Below are positions 32,781 through 44,662 of a DNA stretch of 64,000 bases, one piece after another. Every line of letters begins with the position of its first letter. Within the stretch, counting starts at the first letter, position 1. Position numbers and translations under genes: made by a program. Source of the DNA: Planktothrix sp. GU0601_MAG3 (GTDB taxonomy: Bacteria > Cyanobacteriota > Cyanobacteriia > Cyanobacteriales > Microcoleaceae). The stretch lies in NCBI GenBank assembly GCA_035193785.1, contig CP136572.1, forward strand, positions 96,001 through 160,000. The letters are read 5' to 3'. Under the pieces are notes generated by a model, which was not told the origin of the DNA, did no database searches, and saw only the letters and a program-made list of their open reading frames with translations.

Positions 32781-33657
32781 TTAAGGGTTAGAAGATGGTT
32801 CTAGGGTGATTTGACTATAAATTTTTAAGGCGGAACTCCAAACTAAATAACCTTGTTGATTCAGATGTAAACCATCGGTGCTTAATTCCGGTTTTAAATT
32901 GCCTTCTGCATCAATAAAAAGGGAATGTAAATTTAAAAAATAAGCCCCTTCTTCCTGGGCAATGAATTTTAACTCTTGATTTAATTTACGAATGCGTTGA
33001 TTAGAAATTTTTAATAGGCGCTCGCGGCCTTCCCAGTTAGAATTTTTATCGCTATGGGGAAGAATAGATTGCACCACAATTTGAGCATCGGGATGTACCC
33101 AACGTAAATCCCGAATAATTTCTCGATAATTATTTAATAAGGTGCTGTCATCTATGCCCCGAATTAAATCATTAATGCCAATCATCACAAAAATAGTTTC
33201 CGGTTCAGTAATATCAAATAATTTAACCCGCTTTAATAAGCCTGTGGAGGTTTCCCCAGAAATACCTTGATTTAACCAAGTTCTTTCTCTGGGTAAAAGT
33301 TCCGCCGGAAACCACAAACTTAGGGAATCTCCCGCCAAAATAGTTAGGTGTTCGGGGGGGTTTGTTGCTGCGGCATTGGCTTCGCGCCCCAACTGTTTCC
33401 ACCCATTGTTCATAAGTCCAGCGATGCCGGGGGATACCAGTATAATTCGTTAAAGCCGATTCTGGCGTTGATGGTACATCATGGGTTTGAACAACAACCG
33501 TGAGGGGCGATACAGAGGTGGCATCAGAAACAGATTGTCTGTGCATCAATCCCAGAATGATAAACAAGAATAATCCATTCCCAATTAGGGACATCCAAGC
33601 CCAATACGGAATTATTTTCGAGCGAATAAACACTGGATTCCAATGCTGCTTAAACAA
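32781..33657 (-). CDS. SGNH/GDSL hydrolase with N-terminal membrane anchor, frameshift near 33395
   Basis: GDSLS, NQGISGE, GINDL, TDGLHLN. Confidence 0.88.
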
Positions 33658-33714
33658 AACTAACTCAGCCTAACCTGTTCATTTAATATTTAACCTTGCT
33701 TTCTTGCAATCTAC

Positions 33715-33744
33715 AAAAAATCCCCGGCTAGGAGAAGCCAGGGA
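33715..33744 (-). terminator. Intrinsic terminator downstream of amt1
   Basis: TCCCCGGCT/AGCCAGGGA hairpin next to an A6 run (U-tract on the minus strand). Confidence 0.65.
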
Positions 33745-33796
33745 AGGAGTAGTGGGAGCACCGAATGCCCCCTAATAGCCGCTAATACCCGAAATA

Positions 33797-35308
33797 TTAG
33801 TAACGACTTTTGAAGACACTCCCTTCCGAGGGAAAGCTAGAACCAGAACTACCCAAACCTGGGCCAACTTCATCCTTGAGGAATCCGGCGTAGGCTTCCA
33901 TACCATGTTCGGCGATGTCCAATCCTTCAAATTCCTGTTCTGGATGCACCCGTAGGCCAACCGTGGCCTTCAGGGCTAACCAAAAAATCGTACTCAAGGC
34001 GACGGTAAATCCGCCAACGGTCAGAATACCCAGGATTTGGATACCCAAATTAGCACCACCGAAAACGCCCGCGGCTAAGGTGCCAAAAACTCCACAAACC
34101 AAGTGAACAGAGGTCGCACCCACGGGGTCATCAATTTTGATACTGTCAAAGAAACCCACGGAATAGACCACTATCACCCCAGCCATCGCCCCAATAATTA
34201 CGGCGCTCAGGTAGCTGACGGAATCACAACTGGCGGTAATTGCCACTAAACCCGCTAAAACTCCGTTAATAATCATGGATAAATCCGGTTTACCATCCTT
34301 AAACCAGGATGTGGCGGTGGCGGTGACGGCCCCGGCAGCGGCTGCTAAGTTGGTGGTAACGGCAATATAAGCAATTTGTTCATTGGCAGCCAAGGTGGAA
34401 CCGGGGTTGAAGCCAAACCAGCATACCCACAGGATTAAACATCCCAGGGTGGCGATACTCATGTTATGACCGGGAATGGCGCGAGATTGTCCATCGGCTC
34501 CATATCGACCCAAACGGGGGCCAAGGAAAGCAGCCCCCATTAATGCCGCCCAACCACCAACGGAGTGAACGGCAGTTGTTCCGGCAAAATCCTTGAATCC
34601 TGCTTGATATAACCAGCCCGAAGCATCCCAAATCCAGTGACCTGTGATGGGGTAAGCAATCCCAACCAGAAGTACACTAAAGATTAGAAAGGCAATAAAC
34701 TCAATTCGTTCAGCAACGGCTCCTGATACAATCGTGGCTGCGGTTCCAGCGAAGGCGACTTGGAACAGGAAGAATAAAGGAACCGGTAATCCGGCGGGAA
34801 AAGGGGCTAAACCATAGGTTTCTGGCTGTCCGGTGAGGAAATAACCACCGCCACCAATCAATGGGTTTTCCCCGCCAAACATAAAGGAAAATCCAAACCC
34901 CCAGAAAATCAGGGTGGCTAAGGCAAAGACAATTAGGTTTTTTGCTAAGACGTTAACGGCATTTTTTTGGCGACAGAAGCCGGTTTCTAACATACAGAAA
35001 CCAGCGTTCATAAAAATCACCAGAATCGAAGCGATTAAAACCCAGGCAGTGTTTAAATAACCCTGAACCATTTCCGCCGTCAGGGGAGGGGCATCTGTTT
35101 GAGCAACGGCCGCGAGACTCCAAACTCCAACGATAATCGCGGTTAAAGGAATACAGGCTAACCAAGTGGGAGACAGCCATCGAGAATGCTGTAATTTTAA
35201 AATCGCCCTATTGATTTTAGCTGTAAAACGACTAGCATTTGTGTGCCGTCGGTTTCCTTGATAGGTGGTTTTTTTCGAGATAAACATCATGTTGGGTTTA
35301 TGAATCAA
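33797..35308 (-). CDS. amt1: Ammonium transporter
   Basis: [43 protein letters not shown]. Confidence 0.95.
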   Translation of the reverse strand: MIHKPNMMFISKKTTYQGNRRHTNASRFTAKINRAILKLQHSRWLSPTWLACIPLTAIIVGVWSLAAVAQTDAPPLTAEMVQGYLNTAWVLIASILVIFMNAGFCMLETGFCRQKNAVNVLAKNLIVFALATLIFWGFGFSFMFGGENPLIGGGGYFLTGQPETYGLAPFPAGLPVPLFFLFQVAFAGTAATIVSGAVAERIEFIAFLIFSVLLVGIAYPITGHWIWDASGWLYQAGFKDFAGTTAVHSVGGWAALMGAAFLGPRLGRYGADGQSRAIPGHNMSIATLGCLILWVCWFGFNPGSTLAANEQIAYIAVTTNLAAAAGAVTATATSWFKDGKPDLSMIINGVLAGLVAITASCDSVSYLSAVIIGAMAGVIVVYSVGFFDSIKIDDPVGATSVHLVCGVFGTLAAGVFGGANLGIQILGILTVGGFTVALSTIFWLALKATVGLRVHPEQEFEGLDIAEHGMEAYAGFLKDEVGPGLGSSGSSFPSEGSVFKSRY

Positions 35309-35543
35309 TATTAGTAGGAGAAATCAACTGCACACATCTATGGAAATTGGCTACAGATAAATCAAGGTTTTTGATGCTGAATCTTTAGCTATAGCACTAC
35401 GCACTTTGAGAACAGGGAACACCGGAATGGTAAGCAGTGGAAAGTAATCAGTGAATGAGTTTGCTGGATTTAGGGGTGTCCTAACTGTCATGCGTAGCAC
35501 CATGGAGTGCTAACAATTTTTGATAGATTGTTAATCTAATTTC

Positions 35544-35559
35544 TGTATCAAGAAGTACA
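35544..35559. promoter_or_regulatory. NtcA binding site upstream of amt1
   Basis: TGTA-TCAAGAAG-TACA, a perfect GTA-N8-TAC. Confidence 0.8.
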
Positions 35560-35613
35560 GTTTTTTGGTGATTTTCGATAACATAGAAGGGTTGGGTTAT
35601 GGGTCAATAGGGG

Positions 35614-38299
35614 TCAACTGTCAATGGTCAAAAGCCGTTCACTGGTTTCCTGAACCTTGGACTCCAGGATTTGTTTGACCGGAATCTCAATCAAAAATTT
35701 AGTGTATTTCCCCACTTCCGACTCGCACCAGATTCGACCTTTATGGTGTTCGACGATAATTTGATAGCTAATGGATAATCCTAAACCTGTGCCTTTTCCT
35801 ACGGGTTTAGTAGTAAAAAATGGGTCAAATAGTTTAGAACGAATCTCTTTAGGAATCCCCAAACCATTATCAGAAATTTCGACAATAATTTGTTGGTGAT
35901 TCACCGATAGGGTTCTAATCGAAATTTGCGGTTGAATCCTAGATTTATCACAGGATATCAGAGAAAACTTATCCTGCATCATCGAATCATGGAGGGCATC
36001 AATGGCATTACTAATCAGATTCATAAATACCTGATTTAGTGGCCCGGGATAGCATTCAACTAAGGGAATATTCCCATATTCCTTAATCACTTCAATTCCG
36101 GTTAATTTCCCCTGGGCTTTGAGTTTGGTTTTCAAAATCATCAAGGTACTTTCTAATCCATCATGGAGACTTACCTGTTTTAATTCGGCTTCGTCATGGC
36201 GAGAAAAGGTTCTTAAAGAACGCACAATATCCCGAATCCGGTCAGCCCCTACCTGCATAGATTCGACAATTTTGGGAAAATCTTCCTTGAGAAATTCCAA
36301 ATCAATGGATTCAATCTCTTGCTGAATTTTAACACTCGGATTAGCATATTCTTTTTGATAAATATCTAATAAATTCAGCACATCCCGGGTGTAATTTGTG
36401 GCGTGAATTAAATTACCATAAACAAAATTAACCGGATTATTAATTTCGTGGGCAACTCCCGCCACTAATTGACCCAAACTCGACATTTTTTCGCTTTGAA
36501 TCAGTTGAATTTGAGTGTGTTTAAGTTCTTTAAGGGTATTTTTAAGTTGGTCATTTTTTCGCTTTAACTCCAGAGAAGTTTTTAACCTTTCTTCGGCTTG
36601 TTGTAGGGCTTCTTCCGCCCGTTTATGGGCAGATAAATCCCGAAAGGTTCCCATATAAAACGATTGATAGCCGAATTTAGCTTGATTAATTGTGGCTTCT
36701 AGGGGAAAACAAGAACCATCCGCCCGACGACCCACAACCTCTTGACGTCCTTGCAATAGGCATTTTTCCAATAGGGTTTTCTGCTCTTGAATCTGGGAAG
36801 TTGGCCAGTCCAATAAATGTAGTATCGACGTGCCAATTAATTCCGTCGCCGAATATCCAAAGATGGCTTCCGCACTAGGATTAGTCCTTAAAATTTCTCC
36901 CGATGGATTACTAAAGGTAATCATGGCATCCGTGGCATTTTCAATAATAGCCTCGGTTTGGTTTAGGGAATCTTCTAAGGTTTGCATGACTTGGTTATAA
37001 CGAAAGCCAATTTGACCGACTTCGGTAAATGGATTTTCAGGAACCCGACGTTTAAAGTCTTGGGTACGGGCTTGATATTCCATGACTTCAAACAAATCAT
37101 AAACTTCCGTTTTGGCTCCATGTTCAGAAATATTTAATCCCCTGGTTTCTGCCTCCAGAGAAACCCGCAATGGGAAATAACGATTAATGGTGTATAAAAC
37201 CAGCCAGGTTAAGCCAAATCCCCAAACAAAAGATACCCCAATTCCTAATAATTGAACTAGCAATTGTTCCGTGCGGGATAACCCGGTATTCAGGAGATGG
37301 AGATTGCCAAACAAACCCACGGCGAGGGTTCCCCAAACTCCACCCCCCGCATGAACCGCAATCGCATCAACGGCATCATCAATGCGCCACCGTTGCAAGG
37401 TGATGGACACTAACACCATAACGGCGGCACCCACCCCACCAATTAAGGGAGCCAGGGGCGTCGAAATTACATGGGAAGATGCGGTAATGGCGACTAAACC
37501 CGCCAAGGAACCATTAATAATCAGTTCCACCTCCGGGCGGCGATGCAATACCCAGCCAAAAACCGCCCCGACCAACATTCCCGACGTCCCGGCTAAGATA
37601 GTATTCACAATCACCGTGGCGACTCGAACATCTAAATGTAAATAACTGCCCCCGTTGAATCCTAACCACCCTAACCACAACAACATCGCCCCCAATACGG
37701 ATAACTGAAGGTTAGAGCCGCGCATTTCTTGAGGGGGTTTATCGGGGGTAAATCGTCCCAACCTGGGCCCAATTACTAATAGAAACCGCCAAAGAAACCC
37801 ATCCGCCAATACTGTGAACAATCGTAGACCCTGCAAAATCTATAAACCCCATTTTTCCTAACCATCCGATTAAATGGTTAGTTTCAATCCCATTCCAGGC
37901 CCAATGACCAAAGATGGGGTAAATAATCCCGGAGGTTAAGGCCGCGACTAATAAATATGCTCCAAACTTCATCCTTTCCGCCGATGCCCCTGAAACGATT
38001 GTCGTGGCGGTACTGCAAAACATAGCTTCAAACAGAAAAAATGCGGCTTGCCCCGGATTCGAGGTGGTATCAAAAAAGAAAGCCTGGGGGTCAATCCCGC
38101 CCATAGCCGCCCTGCTAAACATAATGGCATAGCCAAAGGCCCAAAACAAGGCCACGGAAATGCCAAAGTCAGCAAGATTTTTGACGGCAACATTAATACT
38201 ATTTTTGGAACGGGTCAAACCCGACTCCAAACACATAAATCCGGGCTGCATCAAAAAGACTAAGCCCGAACAGACCAGCAGCCAGAGAATATCAATCAC
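35614..38299 (-). CDS. Ammonium transporter-HAMP-like-PAS-histidine kinase fusion, frameshift near 37782
   Basis: Amt motifs ([42 protein letters not shown]), then PAS, AHEINNP H-box and DPFFTTK..G.GTGLGL. Confidence 0.9.
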
Positions 38300-38478
38300 T
38301 GAATTATTGGTTACTCAATCAGCCTGAAATTATCTCAATTTATCTTAGGAGTTTTTGTGGACTTTGATACCGTTACGCGATAAGCGTTGATTTTACGGGG
38401 CTAAAACTAGAATTTGGTAGCTAAAAAGCTGGATTTTAGGGCCAAAAATCTGAAATTAGAAAAAAAATATTTTAGGTG

Positions 38479-38508
38479 TTGACAAATGTTACCCGGTTTG
38501 GGTAGAGT
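38479..38508 (+). promoter_or_regulatory. Sigma70-type promoter of the Yfr2-like RNA
   Basis: TTGACA (38479) - N18 - TAGAGT (38503), 7 nt before GTGTGAGGAG. Confidence 0.65.
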
Positions 38509-38515
38509 AACAAGC

Positions 38516-38600
38516 GTGTGAGGAGCGAACCAGTTAAGGACACCGAGACGAAACACGGCCAGTCGCCGGTGTCCTTTCTGACCAAAAGGAAACATACGTT
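38516..38600 (+). ncRNA. yfr2: Yfr2-family cyanobacterial ncRNA
   Basis: 5' GTGTGAGGAG, GGACACCG/CGGTGTCC stem with GAAACACGG loop, downstream GGAAACA; 3' end approximate. Confidence 0.8.
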
Positions 38601-38762
38601 CTTTGATAAAACTCTAATTTTGAAGAATTTATCGAGATTAGATGAATATTGCTGCATTTAAGGTGGCGATTTATCAAGTTTTTAGCTATTTGTGGTTGGC
38701 TATTTTGAACCCTGGCTTTGTTATGGGATTATAAAATAGTAATATTCAAAAATTTCTCCTGA

Positions 38763-39887
38763 ATGACCCAGTATTTTGCCACGGTTGCCAAGGGTTTAGA
38801 ATTTGTTGCTGCTCAAGAATTAGAAGGTTTAGGCGCCCATGATGTTCGTCCTGATTTTGCGGGGGTTCATTTCACCGGTTCCCGCCAACTGCTTTATCGA
38901 GTTAATCTTTGGGGAAGAACTATATTTCGGGTTTTAGTTCCTATTGCTGAGTTTCCCTGTGCCAATGGGGAGCAATTGTATCAGGAAATTCAGAATATTA
39001 ATTGGAATGACTATTTATCGCCCCTGAATACCTTTGCTGTTAATTGTACGGGCAAAAATGACATTTTAAACCATACCCATTTTACCGCCTTACAAGTCAA
39101 GAATGCAATTATTGATCAACAGCGTTTGGAATTTGGAGAACGGTCGGATATTGATATTAATAATCCCGATTTATGGATTAATCTTCACATCCATGAAGAC
39201 CAAGGGATTCTCAGTTTAGATAGTTCTGGAACCAGTTTACATCGCCGGGGATATCGTCCGGCCGTGGGAATTGCTCCTTTGAAAGAAACTCTAGCCGCAG
39301 CCCTATTAGATATGGCAGAATGGCATCCTGATTTACCTTTTTTAGATCCTTTATGTGGGTCGGGAACTTTACCAATAGAAGCAAGTTTAAAAGCCTTAAA
39401 TATTGCCCCCGGACTATTCCGAGAAACCTTTGGGTTTATGAAGTGGAAAGATTTTGATTCCAAATTGTGGGAAAGTCTAAAACAGGATGCTTTAGATGCA
39501 AAATTAACCACCTTAACCGCCCCAATTGTGGGTTCAGACCAGGATGAGGATGTGATTTATCAAGCCTCGGAAAATGCTCGTCGCTCCGGCGTTGCTGAAC
39601 AAATTCGGTTACAACAAATGGAGTTATCTGAGGTGGAAGCTCCGGCGAATCATGGGGTAATTATTTGTAATCCTCCCTATGGGGAACGCTTGGGAGATGC
39701 GGAGGAATTGGGTGCTTTATATAAACAGTTGGGAGATACTTTTAAACAACGGTTTAAGGGCTGGACGGCTTATATTCTGACGGGAAATAAAGCATTAGGA
39801 AAACAAGTTGGTTTGAGAACGGCTCGGAGAATTGCTGTTTATAATGGGGCCTTACCTTGTACTTTATTAAAGTATGAGCTTTATTAA
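38763..39887 (+). CDS. THUMP-domain RNA methyltransferase (RlmL-like)
   Basis: LHRRGYR, APLKETLAAA, DPLCGSGT, CNPPYGERL. Confidence 0.92.
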   Translation: MTQYFATVAKGLEFVAAQELEGLGAHDVRPDFAGVHFTGSRQLLYRVNLWGRTIFRVLVPIAEFPCANGEQLYQEIQNINWNDYLSPLNTFAVNCTGKNDILNHTHFTALQVKNAIIDQQRLEFGERSDIDINNPDLWINLHIHEDQGILSLDSSGTSLHRRGYRPAVGIAPLKETLAAALLDMAEWHPDLPFLDPLCGSGTLPIEASLKALNIAPGLFRETFGFMKWKDFDSKLWESLKQDALDAKLTTLTAPIVGSDQDEDVIYQASENARRSGVAEQIRLQQMELSEVEAPANHGVIICNPPYGERLGDAEELGALYKQLGDTFKQRFKGWTAYILTGNKALGKQVGLRTARRIAVYNGALPCTLLKYELY

Positions 39888-39888
39888 T

Positions 39889-39990
39889 TATAGCAAACAA
39901 CAGGCAACAGAACCGTTTATAATTCATGTTTCACCAGTTAAGGTTTGCTGTGTCAGTCTTTGTCCTAACCTTTAGGCGCGGTTGCTATAT
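39889..39990. mobile_element. MITE-like element with TATAGC...GCTATA ends
   Basis: TATAGCAA at 39889, GTCCTAAC...GCGGTTGCTATA at the far end; relatives near 13741, 24470-24582 and 35389. Confidence 0.55.
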
Positions 39991-40038
39991 AAAGCCCTTG
40001 AATAATACCGATAAACCCGGAATCAATTGATTTAATTA

Positions 40039-40834
40039 ATGGGGAAAAATATGAAAAAAACTTTAGACTTAATCGGTTTAAATTGGAGTTTCAAAACATT
40101 ATTTTCTTCTGATGTTAGACGATATTTAAAGGTTATAAAAACGGGGGTTTTAGATCGGTTATCGGGACAAAGGAGGCAGTTTGTTAAACAAAAAATTATG
40201 ACTGTTGAAGAACAGCAAGATTTTAGAGAACAAATTAAAATCGTTCAAAGGGTTAAAAAAACTAGCTATTTTGAGAATAAAAGACATAATTTAGCAACGG
40301 CGATCGCTCAAATTGAAAATATTTTAATTCCACCGGGCGAAATTTTTTCCTTTTGGTATTTAGTCGGAGAAACCCAATATAAAAAATGGTTATCGAGAAG
40401 GACGAGCTATTGTTAATAATCAACTAAAATCCGATGTCGGTGGCGGTTTGTGTCAACTCTCTGGACTGATTTATTATTTAATCTTAAAAGCGGGTTTCAT
40501 CCCTTTAGAAAGATATCCTCATTCCCAAGATATTTATACGGAGGAAACTCGGTTTGCTCCCCTAGGGTCGGACGCAACGGTGGTTTACGGATATAAAGAT
40601 CTGCGGTTTAAAAATACTTTATCTGTTCCTATTTGTTTTCGATTTTATTTGTTTGAGGAAGAAATCATCGGATGCTTATGTTCTTCAGAAACCCTAGAAG
40701 AATTTAATATTGAATTTAGAATTGAAGCGCAACAAGAATTCAAAAAAGTGGATACAATTCGTTGGAATAAAACTGGAGATCAATTCACTTTAATTACTTC
40801 TAATTTCTACCCTAGTTTAATAGCTGAAGATTAA
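40039..40834 (+). CDS. VanW-family protein, frameshift near 40370
   Basis: NKRHNL, PGEIFSFW..VG, GGGLCQLS, ERYPHS, DATVVYGYKDLRFKN. Confidence 0.85.
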
Positions 40835-40895
40835 CAATGATATTTGAACACAACTCAAATAGGATTGCTATAGGTATAGGTTAATTATTTTTAGT

Positions 40896-42004
40896 TTAAG
40901 TTTCACAAGAAAATAGGGATAAAAATATTCGCACAATGGTTGTTTTCCCTGGAGTGCTTTCAATTTCCATATCCCCTTGATAAAACTGAACTAAACGCTT
41001 CACCAGAATTAATCCTAATCCAGAGCCTTGCTGCTCATAAATATGGCGTTCAAATTGTTGATAAGCACCGATTCTAGCAATCTGTTCTGCGGTCATTCCT
41101 CGTCCTGAGTTAATGAATTCAAGACAATAACGATTCATTGTTTTATACCCTTTCACCGAGATTAGATTATTAGAATCAGAGAATTTTATGGCATTATCAA
41201 TTAATTCTTCTGTGATTTTATTAAAAATTTCTTCAGGAATATTAAGAGCTAATTTTTCTATTTCAAAATATAATTTATGCTCAATACAACTACTTTCTTT
41301 GATTTTCTTTTGAATCACATTTTTAATTAAAATTTCTGGGTCTGATATCGATCCTTTCGGAAAATATTTAAGTCGTTGCGGATCTCGGTTGAGTAATTCC
41401 AAATCCGCATAGAGGAGAAAATTACAGGTTAGTCGATATAAACGGGTTGCAGAGATACTAATATTTTCTAACATCTCTTGAATTTCATTCGGTGACATTT
41501 CCTCAAAATCCGACATTAATAGTTGTGTTGTCCCGATGATTCCATTCAAAGGAGTTCTTAACTCATGGGGGAGAAATAGGGTAATATTATTACGCAATTC
41601 ATCCAATTGTTCTTGATTCTTTTTTTCAAAGGTTTCATGTTTTTGAATACGACTGCGAATGGTTGCTAATAAATCCTGATGTGTAAAGGGTTTTGTTAAA
41701 TAATCATCCGCCCCCAAGTTCATACCCTGTCGTAAATCAGTGCTGGTTGATTTAGCAGTTAAAAATATAAAAGGAATAGTTGCCGTAGTCGGATGAGCTT
41801 TTAATTCTCCTAATACCTGATACCCGTCTAATTCCGGCATCATCACATCACAAATAATTAAATCGGGCAAAATTTCTTTGGCCAGTTTTCTACCCCGGTT
41901 TTCCCATCTTCAGCACCAACTCCTAAAAATTCTTCAGCTTCGAGAATATCTAAAATAATAGATCGAACATTCAGATCATCTTCAATAACTAATATTTTTT
42001 TCAT
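40896..42004 (-). CDS. Hybrid response regulator-histidine kinase, frameshift(s) near 41900-41925
   Basis: MKKILVIEDD start at 42004, ICDVMMP, PHELRTPL, GSGLGL. Confidence 0.88.
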
Positions 42005-43806
42005 AGGGGAAAATGACGGTTATCGTTGTACCTACATTAATTTTACTCTGGACTTGAATTATCCCACCTTGAATCTCAACTGATTTTTTGACAATGGTTA
42101 ACCCTAACCCAGTACCTGGAATTACACCTACGTTTTTAGCCCGATGAAATGGTTCAAATAAATGTTCTTGGTCTTCTTGGGGAATACCTATACCTTCATC
42201 TTTTAGGGTTAAAATCACTTGATTTTGATTATAATTTAAGTGTAATTCTATATTTCCCCCCGGAGGAGAGTATTTGATCGCATTACTAATTAAGTTATAT
42301 AAAATATGTCGTAATAGTCTTTCATCTAAATATACCGAATTATTGATCAAATTTGAAGTATCTTTTTCAGGGGGAATAAAACGCAGATATTTTGTTTCTT
42401 TTAAACTAATTTTCATTTCTTGAATCATCCCACAACAAAAGTTTTCTAAATTAATTAAACTCGGTTGAAAAGGGATTTTTTGAGCTTCTCCTTGACCAAT
42501 AAATAATACTTGATTTAAAAGTTCTGTCAGATGATGAACCGTTGTTTGAATTCTTTGTAGATAGATTAATTTTTTTTCTTCATCCCATTTACAACTATAA
42601 TATTCTAAGGCTTCTGCCGAGGCTAAAATCGTGGTTAAAGGAGTACGAAATTCATGGGAAATCATGGATACAAAACTAGATTTAAGTTGATTTAGTTCCT
42701 TTTCCTGGTCTAGTGCTTTTTGAATTTCTGCTTCAGAATATTTACGTTGAGTAATATCTTTAATATCTCCTTCATAGGCGATAATTTTTCCCCTAGAATC
42801 CCTAATAACTCTGGCATTTTCAGAAATCCAAATAATACTTCCATCATGGCGATAAACCTCAGACTCAAATCCTAAAACCGTTCCTTGTTTCACTCATCAG
42901 ACGAACAAATTCTTCTCGACGTTGAGGATTAACATAAATTTGATCTGGGATATAGGAAAGATTCTGCATCAAATCTTCCGGGGATGAATAGCCATAGATA
43001 CGGGCGAGGGCTGGATTGGCACTAATAAAACGTCCGGCGGGAGTAGATTGAAATAACCCCTCCAGAGAATTTTCAAAAATGCTGCGATATTTTGCTTCTG
43101 TTAGTGCTAGTTGTTCATAGGCTTGTTCTAATTTCTGCCGCGAGTTAAACCAAGTTCTTTGTAAATGTTCATATAGATAAACCGATAGATTACAAATTAA
43201 ACAAGTCCAGAATAAAAATAATAATAACATTAGGGAATCATAGTTAGGAGGAATAACTTTATTGCCGAGTAATTGATTGATGCCAAAGTAATATCCTAAG
43301 ATAATTAATTGTGATGTTAAATGCCAAATTAAACGCACCGGAATTAATGTGGCTTGACTGACAAAGGTTAATACCCAGGCAAATAAATCAGGCTGGACAT
43401 TTTCATTAATGGTTTGAATAATTTGTTTACTGAGTTCTAGGGAAATTCCTAATCCTAAAAATAGAAATTTTAGATGGTAGTATCCCCAGGATGTTTTTAA
43501 TAATTTTAAACAAATTAATAACCCTAATAAAGTAAATATTTGCAAATATAAATTTTGATAAATAAAAGGCTCTCCCCAAAAAATTAAGCGTAAAAAATCA
43601 ATAAAAATGGCATTAAAATAAATACATATTCCCAACGAAAACGCAAGCTGTAACCGCGCCAGCAAAAAATTATTTCGCCACCGTTCATAGGACAAATCAT
43701 TAAGATTATTTTCATATTCAGGAACAACATTAACAGATTTTAAATAATTTAAAAAACGTTGAATAACCCGTAAATATATCAGTTGATTCCTAAGTGATTT
43801 AAACAT
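41982..43806 (-). CDS. Membrane-bound PAS sensor histidine kinase, frameshift near 42890
   Basis: Multi-TM N-terminus, YRSIFENSLEG PAS domain, SHEFRTPL, GTGLGL. Confidence 0.88.
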
Positions 43807-43887
43807 TGATCAATTTCAAGGTTAATGCTACATTGTCCATTTAACCCTGTTTTGCCACTTTTAGGGAAAACCCCAATTTTCCCTAGG

Positions 43888-44640
43888 CTAAAAAATAGTA
43901 ACTGTGTTCCAATACCCCAAAATTAAAAAAGATGGAATAGGGCAACCCCGCCTGGTGGTTGGGACAAGGTTTCCTCCGCTTTCGCAAGGGTAAACCTTGT
44001 CCCAGGGTAAATGAGTAGGGGGTAGGGGATCGGGTACCGAATCCATGTCCTCAACCCTAAGCCTTATGGCTAATGCCATACGGTCAAAAGAAATAGAAAA
44101 ATGCGTTAAATAATCTTTATGGCTTGTTTCTAAATCTTGAATTGATTTTTGTAAACGTTGTTGAATTTCTTCATCGAATAAAAAACTACCATCCTCTTGA
44201 CGTTGAATTTGTTGATCAACTACATACACCCCATTTAATAAATATTCCGCACCTAATTCTGATAAAACCGGTTTTAGGGTATAATCAATACTTAATAAAT
44301 GGGCAATTGTTCCCCCAGTTGCGATCGGTAAAATCACTTTACCCGATAGAAATTTAGGCGGTAATAAATCTAAAAAAGACTTTAATACCCCGGTATAAGC
44401 TGCTTTATAAACCGGTGTAGCAATAATTAACCCCGATGCGGCTTGAATTAATACTTTTGCCGGTTCTAAAGCCGGACTATCATAGCGTCCCAAGATTAAA
44501 TCTTCTGAAGGCAGATCCCGAACCGAAATTATATCGGTTTCAAACCCCTTTTCAGCCAATAAATTCAGGGCATATTCGACAATTCCATAAGTCCGGGAGG
44601 GATGGGAAGGACTACCGGCGATCGCCACAATTTTTGTCAT
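43888..44640 (-). CDS. ssuE: NADPH-dependent FMN reductase (C-terminal ~60 aa doubtful)
   Basis: GSPSHPSRT, ATPVYKAAYTGVLK, ATGGTIAHLL.IDY. Confidence 0.9.
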   Translation of the reverse strand: MTKIVAIAGSPSHPSRTYGIVEYALNLLAEKGFETDIISVRDLPSEDLILGRYDSPALEPAKVLIQAASGLIIATPVYKAAYTGVLKSFLDLLPPKFLSGKVILPIATGGTIAHLLSIDYTLKPVLSELGAEYLLNGVYVVDQQIQRQEDGSFLFDEEIQQRLQKSIQDLETSHKDYLTHFSISFDRMALAIRLRVEDMDSVPDPLPPTHLPWDKVYPCESGGNLVPTTRRGCPIPSFLILGYWNTVTIF

Positions 44641-44662
44641 TTGAAAAACTCCTAAGTGATAA

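Noticed and set aside
38357..38370. NtcA-like site GTG-N8-TAC upstream of the Amt-kinase
   Set aside because: One mismatch in a 6-base consensus is too weak to call without TSS data.
38407..38657. Short minus-strand ORFs of 61-62 aa
   Set aside because: They overlap the Yfr2-like RNA and its promoter and show no protein features.
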